A DNA stretch of 64,000 bases from IMG/VR virus record IMGVR_UViG_3300008954_003554, positions 19,334-83,333 of that record. One strand, given 5' to 3'. The position numbers were made by a program, and so were the translations under genes. Below, piece by piece: positions 43,865-51,412 of the stretch. This stretch comes from a virus. The number at the start of each line of letters is the position of its first letter. Within the stretch, counting starts at the first letter, position 1. The notes under the pieces are model-generated. The model saw only the letters and a program-made list of their open reading frames with translations. It was not told where the DNA came from and searched no databases.

Positions 43865-45796
43865 ATGCCTGATAAGAACAAATTTTTAAAAATCATAGAA
43901 GATCAAAGAAAAGGAAAAAAGAAAGAAAAGTTTTCTGGTAATTTCCTAGAGTATCTTAATATTATAAAGGAAAATCCTGAGACAACTCAGACGGCTCATC
44001 AGAGACTCTACAGGAAGATTGAAAGCTTTGGTGTGAGTGAGATAGATCGATCTGACCCTAGATTCCAGGGGGTTTTTTGCGGAGAAAAAGTTAAAACATA
44101 TGAATATTTCAAAGATGAATTTTTTGGAATGGAAAATGTAATTTCAAAAATAATGAGATTTCTTAGGTCTGCTGCACACAGAGGTGAAGAGAGCAGGCAG
44201 GTTCTTCTCCTTCTTGGCCCAGTTGGTGCAGGTAAATCAGCGCTGACAGAGCATGTAAAAAAATCGCTCGAAGGGGAGAGGTTTTATCATTTATCAGGAG
44301 ATCCCCAGAAAGGGGAGCCCCTCCAGTTGATCCCTAGAAACCTAAGGGAAAAATTTGAAGAAATTCTAGGTGTAAAAATAGAGGGAGATATCAGTCCCGT
44401 TGCCAGATTTAAGCTCCTCGAAGAGTTCAAGGGAAAATATGAGAATTTTCCTGTTGTAGAATCAAGCTTTTCCCAGAGAGCTCGTAGAGGGATAGCTGTT
44501 GTTCCTCCCATGGATCCAAATAGTCAGGACACCAGCGTTCTAATAGGGTCGGAAGATATATCTAAATTAGACTTATATCCAGAAGACGATCCCAGAACGC
44601 TATCTCTCAATGGAGCTTTTAACGTCGGAAATAGGGGAATCGTAGAGTTTGTTGAAATTTTTAAAAATGAAATAGAGTTTTTACATACCATTATTACGGC
44701 AACACAGGAAAAAAGAGTACCTAGCCCGGGAAAAAATGCTATGATTCACTTCGACGGTGTGATACTTTCTCACTGTAATGAAGCTGAGTGGAATAAGTTT
44801 CAAAGTGAACATACTAATGAGGCAATCTTAGATAGGATTGTTATGATTAGAGTTCCATACGTTCTTGAGCTAGATCAAGAAATTAAAATATATGAAAAGA
44901 TGATATCTCGATCAGACTTTTCGGCACACATTGCTCCTCATACCCTTAGAGTTGCCTCAATGTTTTCTGTTGCCTCTAGGCTCAGGGAGTCTCAAAAGTG
45001 CGATATTTTAACAAAAATGAAAATCTATAACGGAGAAGATGTTATAGAAAAGGGAAGAGTCAAAAGCATAGACATTACAGATCTAAGAGAGGAATCCCAC
45101 GATGAAGGAATGAGCGGAATATCTACAAGATTTATAATGAAATCCCTAGATAATGCCCTATCCGATTCAGAAAAAGGAATGGTTACACCTATTTCGGTAG
45201 TCGACGCCCTTGTCAAGCAAGTGAAAGAACAGGTAGTCTCAGAAGAAGAAAGAACAAGATTGCTAGAAATTCTACAAAAAACAATTAGAGAAGAGTATCT
45301 TAAAATCCTAGAAAATGAAATCGCAAAAGCGTTTGTCACCGCTTACGAAGAGCAGGCACAATCACTTTTTGATTCTTATCTCGATAATGCTGAAGCATAC
45401 ACTACTAGAAAAAATCTAAAAGATCGCGTTACAAAAGAAGAAAGAGATCCAGATGAGCATTTCATGAGAGCAATTGAAGAACAGATTGGAATATCGGGAT
45501 CTTCTCGCGATGGATTTAGATCAGATGTCACAGCATATATGTTTGCTAAAATGAGAAGAGGTGAAAAAGTAGAGTATAAAACTTATACCCCTCTCAAAGA
45601 AGCGATTGAATCTTATTTAATATCTTCAGTAAAAGATATAGCTAGAATTGTTACAAAGAGTAAATCAAGGGACGATGATCAAAAGAAGAAATATAGTGAA
45701 ATGATCCAGACCCTCATAGATGAATATGGTTACAATAAAGATTCTGCAGAGGAAATTTTAACTTATGCAGCTAACAATCTCTGGAGAGATTCATAA
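43865..45796 (+). CDS. prkA: PrkA/YeaG AAA+ serine protein kinase
   Basis: FFGME, LLGPVGAGKS, GNRGIVEFVE, NEAILDR, HIAPHTL, EGMSGISTRF. Confidence 0.95.
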   Translation: MPDKNKFLKIIEDQRKGKKKEKFSGNFLEYLNIIKENPETTQTAHQRLYRKIESFGVSEIDRSDPRFQGVFCGEKVKTYEYFKDEFFGMENVISKIMRFLRSAAHRGEESRQVLLLLGPVGAGKSALTEHVKKSLEGERFYHLSGDPQKGEPLQLIPRNLREKFEEILGVKIEGDISPVARFKLLEEFKGKYENFPVVESSFSQRARRGIAVVPPMDPNSQDTSVLIGSEDISKLDLYPEDDPRTLSLNGAFNVGNRGIVEFVEIFKNEIEFLHTIITATQEKRVPSPGKNAMIHFDGVILSHCNEAEWNKFQSEHTNEAILDRIVMIRVPYVLELDQEIKIYEKMISRSDFSAHIAPHTLRVASMFSVASRLRESQKCDILTKMKIYNGEDVIEKGRVKSIDITDLREESHDEGMSGISTRFIMKSLDNALSDSEKGMVTPISVVDALVKQVKEQVVSEEERTRLLEILQKTIREEYLKILENEIAKAFVTAYEEQAQSLFDSYLDNAEAYTTRKNLKDRVTKEERDPDEHFMRAIEEQIGISGSSRDGFRSDVTAYMFAKMRRGEKVEYKTYTPLKEAIESYLISSVKDIARIVTKSKSRDDDQKKKYSEMIQTLIDEYGYNKDSAEEILTYAANNLWRDS

Positions 45797-45808
45797 GTTT
45801 AATTTAAA

Positions 45809-47203
45809 ATGAATGTAAATATTTTAAATAGAGAGGAAATAAAAAGCTCTATAATAAAAAATAGTAAAAGTCTAATTGACATAGGGAAAGAAGAGACTCT
45901 TATCGGATTTAGTTCTTTTAAGCCCATTATTACACAGAACGGAATTCAATCTGCTATTTTTACCAGATCAGGGGATAGGATTTTTGATAAAATAATAAAG
46001 CCTACTATTATTATAGATTGTATTGATGCAGAGCTTTCTGTCCCTGGGTCTGGAGATATATCTTTAGATATAACTTCAAGATTAATTTATAACCTCTACG
46101 GAAAAATAGGAACAGGAATAGATTTTAAAGACTATTCAAAAATTTCAAATAATTTTCTATCTTTTTGCATAGAGGCAATAAGAGATATAGGTTATCATCC
46201 TACAAAAAAAGACTTACAAAAGCTAATAAATCAAGAAAACAAAGATCCCTTTATTAGAAGCGTGATCAAAAGTTGTATCGATTTATCAGGCGCCAGACGA
46301 GAGATAACATGCAGAGTTTCTAATTCTTTTGAAACAATGATAAAAGTTGAAGAAGGTTATAAGTTTCCTATAAAACCCTATCAGGGATTTGTTTCCGAAA
46401 AATGGAAAAAGAACAATGTCGCAGTCATTACAATAGACGGGGCAGTTGTAGAAATATCAGAGATACATCACGTCCTAGAAAAATGTAGTGAAAAAGAAAT
46501 ACCTGCAATTATTTTTTGTAGAAATTTTTCTCCTGATGTTTTAAATACCCTTTATGTAAATAAAAGACGAGGAACTCTTGATATTATTCCAGTTGAAATA
46601 TCAATAGAAGACGAGACGCTTAATATGCTAAAAGACATATGCGTTGTTTCTGGTTCGAGATTGATTAGCTCCGACATGGGAGATCTAATATCTTCTTCAG
46701 TTAGGAAAGGATTGATATATGTCGACTCAGTAGAGATGACTGAGGATTATGTTAAGATATTTAATAGAAAAACTGAAAAAGACTCTCGTGAGCATCTGAG
46801 GTTTTTAAAAAATAAAAGAAGTAAAGCTGATCCGCAGGTCCAGCCCTATATCGATGATAGAATAAAATCCATGACTTGTGAGTCAGTTTCGATTTCTATC
46901 GGACAAGATCAATTAAATCGAAATAAAGTTACTGTGGAAAAAATTGATAGCTTCTTAAGATCTTTAAAAACTTTTTTTAGAACCGGATGTGTTGATACAG
47001 TAGAGTTTGAAAAAGTCCTATTAAAAAGAAAAAAAATATCAGAAAATATAGAAAAAATTCTAATTGATTCAATTATAAATGCTATCAAATCCTCTAATAA
47101 AAAAATTATTTCTGTTGGTTCGGTTGTAAAGGCGTTGAAAATCTCTATGTCAACAGCTAATTCTATTTTTTCTACTTCAGTTATTCTGGCTGATGATAGT
47201 TAA
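45809..47203 (+). CDS. degenerate GroEL/cpn60-like chaperonin
   Basis: Apical-domain-like segment (IDGAV..ISEIHHVLE..PAIIFCR...NMLKDICVVSG); GDGTT motif is degenerate. Confidence 0.6.
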   Translation: MNVNILNREEIKSSIIKNSKSLIDIGKEETLIGFSSFKPIITQNGIQSAIFTRSGDRIFDKIIKPTIIIDCIDAELSVPGSGDISLDITSRLIYNLYGKIGTGIDFKDYSKISNNFLSFCIEAIRDIGYHPTKKDLQKLINQENKDPFIRSVIKSCIDLSGARREITCRVSNSFETMIKVEEGYKFPIKPYQGFVSEKWKKNNVAVITIDGAVVEISEIHHVLEKCSEKEIPAIIFCRNFSPDVLNTLYVNKRRGTLDIIPVEISIEDETLNMLKDICVVSGSRLISSDMGDLISSSVRKGLIYVDSVEMTEDYVKIFNRKTEKDSREHLRFLKNKRSKADPQVQPYIDDRIKSMTCESVSISIGQDQLNRNKVTVEKIDSFLRSLKTFFRTGCVDTVEFEKVLLKRKKISENIEKILIDSIINAIKSSNKKIISVGSVVKALKISMSTANSIFSTSVILADDS

Positions 47204-47257
47204 TAAATATTTTACTTGTACATCTATTGTGAGTAATTTTATCTTACGGAGGAAATA

Positions 47258-47488
47258 ATGATCAAAAATCCAGAAATGGCAATAAATAGCGCAGTTTCTA
47301 ATATTGTTGATTTTATAAAACAAAATGTAAAGAATAACCTGCATGAAGGCCTTAACCAAGGTCTATTTCAAGTTGAAAATGAGGATGAACTAAGAAAGAT
47401 CTCTGATTTAGTCTCCACATCTATTGACCAAGGTTTTGTTAGAGCTCATGGTGAATTAAAATCGACTCTAAGCCAGATATTAAATTAA
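47258..47488 (+). CDS. hypothetical protein
   Basis: GGAGG RBS. Confidence 0.7.
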   Translation: MIKNPEMAINSAVSNIVDFIKQNVKNNLHEGLNQGLFQVENEDELRKISDLVSTSIDQGFVRAHGELKSTLSQILN

Positions 47489-47491
47489 AAA

Positions 47492-47956
47492 ATGAGAGGA
47501 TCGAAACATTTAATACAGTGTCACTGTATTTTACCGCAATACAAAAATAGAAAAGATCCTATTTTTCATAAATTTGTAGTGTTTTCTATCCTAGATGATA
47601 ATGATGAAGTGATTCATAAAATTTGTCAATGCAACAATTGTGGTGTTCTTCACAATGTTATAGATCTTTGCAAGTCAGAGATTGTAAGGGGCGCTGAAGA
47701 CTCAGCAGCCATTGTCACAATTGATGATATTAAATTTAGTCTACCCAAAGATATCTCTTCTGTCTTAGAGTCTCACAAGTCCGATCTTCCAACCTGGGAG
47801 CATGTTAAGTTTGTCTATGACACAGAAAGATGGGGAGAGATAGTCATTATATCACAAGAAGAGGTAGATGAGTTTACACAAATCAAACTTATGAAAATAA
47901 TTTCAGAGAACAAGATAAATATAGAGAGCAGGACAAGGAAAAATACAATACTATGA
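47492..47956 (+). CDS. Cys-rich putative zinc-binding protein
   Basis: KHLIQCHCILPQY...QCNNCGVLH...CKS. Confidence 0.75.
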   Translation: MRGSKHLIQCHCILPQYKNRKDPIFHKFVVFSILDDNDEVIHKICQCNNCGVLHNVIDLCKSEIVRGAEDSAAIVTIDDIKFSLPKDISSVLESHKSDLPTWEHVKFVYDTERWGEIVIISQEEVDEFTQIKLMKIISENKINIESRTRKNTIL

Positions 47957-48204
47957 CATCAGAAATTAAAAGATACGGAAGAACCTCAGGGGAAAAACGG
48001 ATTGAAAAAATAATGCAATGCAGGGAAATAGTTTCTGAAATTTTAAAATTTGGTGTAGATGAATTTCAAAAAGCCAAAATAATTCAATTGATTTCTCTTG
48101 AAATGGAAAGCAGGGATTTTATGTTAAAAATTTCAGATTCCTATAAGATTTTTGAAGAAGATGTTGAAGAAAAAAAGAGTGAAAACAAGATACTCACAGT
48201 CTAA
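47953..48204 (+). CDS. hypothetical protein
   Basis: ATGA overlap. Confidence 0.7.
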   Translation: MTSEIKRYGRTSGEKRIEKIMQCREIVSEILKFGVDEFQKAKIIQLISLEMESRDFMLKISDSYKIFEEDVEEKKSENKILTV

Positions 48205-48218
48205 TAAAGGAGAATATT

Positions 48219-48407
48219 ATGAGTAAGACAGATTTAGTTAACCAGTGGACAGAACTTAAAGTTCTAGTTGAAAGCCTAGAGCTTGATGTTCTTAAAAATG
48301 CAAACGGGAACAAGTCAGCAGGTGTTAGAGCAAGAAAAGGTCTTAGGCTTCTTAAGCAGAGATCTGGCGATCTTGTTAAGACTTCGTTGCTAGAAGACAA
48401 GAGCTAA
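48219..48407 (+). CDS. histone H1-like (Hc1-family) small protein
   Basis: GNKSAGVRARK signature; AAGGAG RBS. Confidence 0.75.
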   Translation: MSKTDLVNQWTELKVLVESLELDVLKNANGNKSAGVRARKGLRLLKQRSGDLVKTSLLEDKS

Positions 48408-48418
48408 TATATAAACAT

Positions 48419-48787
48419 GGGCCCGAAACGGCTTCGACGGGGTAGGAGAGAAGAAGAGTGCAGGTGGTCGCACGAGACAGCGGACCTTAAGCGTGGTTTC
48501 AAAACTTTAATTGCCAATAACAATTATCACTTCGAATCTGTCCGCCTAGCGGCTTAATCGGTGGGGTTTCTTAAGACCTTATTACCCAATTTAAGATAAC
48601 AGGTAGAGATCCTGCGAAATAAAAAAATCAGAATGGTTCCCTGGAAACAGGTGGGGCGCAACAGGTTGATAAGCGCAGGGATGATCAACTATCTTTTCTA
48701 ATTTGTGATAGTAAATTAGATAAACCTGTGAATGACTTGACTTTGAAGCTATTGCGGACGCGGGTTCGACTCCCGCCGGGTCCACCA
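48419..48787 (+). ncRNA. ssrA: tmRNA; tag peptide ANNNYHFESVRLAA (48513-48557)
   Basis: Acceptor GGGCCCG/CGGGTCC with G3.U wobble, GGCTTCGAC, GGTTCGACTCCC T-arm, ACCA end; tag ORF ends LAA-stop. Confidence 0.95.
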
Positions 48788-49528
48788 TTTTTTATGTTTC
48801 TCAGCTAGCCAGATAGTTATATCTGCACGGGAGATCTACAATGAAGGTAACAAGATCACAGTTGAGAAGAATTATTAAAGAAGAGCTAAATAGAGCCTTA
48901 CTTATGGAGAGAGGGACAGCGGATTCTGTTGCAACTAAGCAGGCATGCCCGGAAGAATATTGCAGTCGATCTGTAGCAAAGGTTGGAAATCTAGTTCAGG
49001 ATACCGGGGGCTATAGTTTCACACCATCTGGAGGGTCAGAGTATCCATCATTTAAGGACGAAAAAGAAAACCTCATTGGAAAAGAGGGGACAGAGTGGTC
49101 AGATCTCAAGGTTGTTAAGTACGATGATGACTCGGAAAAAAGAGCCACAGAGAGTCGAGAGATAGAGCGTCGAGAGAAAGAAGCAGCCAATCTTCAGAAG
49201 AAACTCAATGACATCATAGATGAAATCGGAGAGAATAACTCATGGGCAACTGTCGATGAGATGTCTAAAAACAGCGGTGCTTGTGATGGCTGTAAGGTCT
49301 GGGTGAGATTTCATTTGAATGTAAACGACTATGATGACAGAGCTGATATGCCGAAAGATTGGGATGGGACTCCTTCCGAGGGAAAGATAGATCAACAGAA
49401 GCTATGGGCCGCAATCGACAAGGCATCATTTTGGCTTGCTAAGCTCTACGATGAGGGAAGTATCGATGATCAGACATATCAGCTCAAGTATAAGTGATTC
49501 GACTCCCGCCGGGTCCACCATTTTTTAT
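48765..49528 (+). repeat. 31-bp perfect direct repeat of the tmRNA 3' end (48765-48795, 49498-49528)
   Basis: TTCGACTCCCGCCGGGTCCACCATTTTTTAT in both copies. Confidence 0.92.
48841..49497 (+). CDS. tag-family protein lying between the tmRNA-end repeats
   Basis: MKVTRSQLRRIIKEE...LLME; ATAGTTATA at 48813. Confidence 0.82.
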   Translation: MKVTRSQLRRIIKEELNRALLMERGTADSVATKQACPEEYCSRSVAKVGNLVQDTGGYSFTPSGGSEYPSFKDEKENLIGKEGTEWSDLKVVKYDDDSEKRATESREIERREKEAANLQKKLNDIIDEIGENNSWATVDEMSKNSGACDGCKVWVRFHLNVNDYDDRADMPKDWDGTPSEGKIDQQKLWAAIDKASFWLAKLYDEGSIDDQTYQLKYK

Positions 49529-49557
49529 ATTTTTCAGATTCAGTGATATTTATACAC

Positions 49558-50571
49558 ATGCTGATAACTGAGTCAAAGCTAAGAAGAATCATTAGAGAAG
49601 AGTTTAAACAACAATTCACACCCAAAGAGATGGGCATTGATCACGATCCCGAAGAGCGAAAGGCATTAAAATGGTGGCAAAGCCCTAAAAAAAGACAGGA
49701 ATTTGCAGAGAGCTATACTTCCGGACAAAATAGAATCTCTCTTATCAGCACAGTTAAATCTAAAGTTTTCAAATCAGATACACCTGATGATATTATAAAA
49801 GATTATTACGACGAATTTATACTACCCCAGATCCTATACATTATCAATGAAACGTGGGTCGTACGGGAGCCTTTGCGATCTAAAAAAGGAACAAGATATG
49901 TCAGTCCGAACTGGAGTGAAAAAGGCTCTCAAGAGTTACATGATCCAAATCGCATAAGTAAGTCTGGCAAAATTGTGAAAGGAACTAATTGGATCGCAAT
50001 CATCCCTGGTCTCGTAGCCGGCTTATTAGCAGGTCCGATCTGGGGTGGTCTGGTTGGTGGAGTTATGCTACTAGTAAAAGCAATAGAGTGGAGAAGATAC
50101 ACTTTTGGTCATGAGTTATCGCACGCAATAGACAGGGAAGTTGATCTTATGATGGGAATCAGGTGGGAGAACGGATATCAGAATCCAAAAAGTATCTATA
50201 GACAGTCTACTGATCCAGTAGAAAATCCAAAATACTTACCCTATAGAAATGAAAAAATAAAGATAAATCGGGGATCTATTGTTGCCCACCAGAGAGAAAT
50301 TCTAAGAGATATATTCCCATGTATTAATGAGGATCATCCAGAATATAAGGATGAACATGCACATAGTCCGGGTGAGCTGTACTCTAACGTAATTCAAACA
50401 CGTAAAAATCTAAAAAGAAAATTTAAAGCTAGTGATATTAAAAAATGGAGGGTGCGTGGGAAGATACCGGTAGGGGGGCATAGTTCAGTATCTGATTTGG
50501 TACAAATTATAAAAGCATGCGGAAATGGATCTAACGAAGAGATTGCAACTGCATTAAACAAGCTAGGCTGA
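49558..50571 (+). CDS. tag-family protein with a Gly-zipper TM segment and HExxH metallopeptidase motif
   Basis: MLITESKLRRIIREE; GLVAGLLAGPIWGGLVGG; GHELSHAID. Confidence 0.78.
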   Translation: MLITESKLRRIIREEFKQQFTPKEMGIDHDPEERKALKWWQSPKKRQEFAESYTSGQNRISLISTVKSKVFKSDTPDDIIKDYYDEFILPQILYIINETWVVREPLRSKKGTRYVSPNWSEKGSQELHDPNRISKSGKIVKGTNWIAIIPGLVAGLLAGPIWGGLVGGVMLLVKAIEWRRYTFGHELSHAIDREVDLMMGIRWENGYQNPKSIYRQSTDPVENPKYLPYRNEKIKINRGSIVAHQREILRDIFPCINEDHPEYKDEHAHSPGELYSNVIQTRKNLKRKFKASDIKKWRVRGKIPVGGHSSVSDLVQIIKACGNGSNEEIATALNKLG

Positions 50572-50652
50572 TTTACCTATACCTGATTTTTTGTATACTT
50601 TCCTTGAGTTACAATTTTTGTTACTCAATTCACACACACAAAGGAAAATAAA

Positions 50653-50865
50653 ATGGGTGATTCAAAAAGCGGGTACCAGCTCCGCACAGACTTGCTGGGA
50701 ATGGCTACAGGAATTGTAATTGACAGGGCTAATCGTCTTGAGAATAATGAGCACTTCCTGGCAGAAAATGATAAAACATATCAGCGTAAGCCAGTTTCTC
50801 CGTATACAACCGAGGATGTTATTGCTGAAGCTGAGAAGCTTTATGTATTCGTTCAGAAGAAGTAG
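50653..50865 (+). CDS. small hypothetical phage protein
   Basis: AAGGA RBS; GYQLRTDLL...PYTTEDVIAEAEKLYVFV. Confidence 0.75.
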   Translation: MGDSKSGYQLRTDLLGMATGIVIDRANRLENNEHFLAENDKTYQRKPVSPYTTEDVIAEAEKLYVFVQKK

Positions 50866-50880
50866 TATCTAAAAAAAATT

Positions 50881-50920
50881 AAACCTCTGATTTGACATAT
50901 AGTTATTTCAGAGGTTTTTT
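50881..50920 (+). terminator. possible intrinsic terminator
   Basis: AAACCTCTGA...TCAGAGGTTTTTT. Confidence 0.55.
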
Positions 50921-50995
50921 AGTTTAAAGATAGTGAATGAAAACTAGCCTCAATATTTGTAAAAAACAATCGATCTAAGCGATCTAGGGTAAAAA

Positions 50996-51184
50996 ATGAA
51001 TTGGTATAAAAGAATTATTAAAAGAAATCATTTAAAAGAAAGTAGGGCATTTTATCTAGAAGATACCCCGGAGATTACAGATGAAATAGAGAAATCTCTC
51101 TGGCTGCTCAAAGAAGACCTAGATTTACCAACAGAAGAGATTCAAAAATCTGTTGACTCTAGAAGAAAATCAAGAAACAAGTAA
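50996..51184 (+). CDS. small hypothetical protein
   Basis: 62-aa ORF. Confidence 0.45.
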   Translation: MNWYKRIIKRNHLKESRAFYLEDTPEITDEIEKSLWLLKEDLDLPTEEIQKSVDSRRKSRNK

Positions 51185-51412
51185 GCTTCCCACGGGACCA
51201 TGCTCACAGAAATAGGAATACAAGGTATCTGGGACCCAGCCAGATATATCCGACATCGATATATGTGGTTTAGGTTAAATACCTATTGACACACAAACAG
51301 AAGCTGTTCTAAGTGTAGATAAGATTTGTCAATATTTCTATGCTAATAATAGTTATTTTCACTCTTGGGCCAATATTTAATAATTGTTATTGCCCTCCAA
51401 GGAGAGAGTCAA

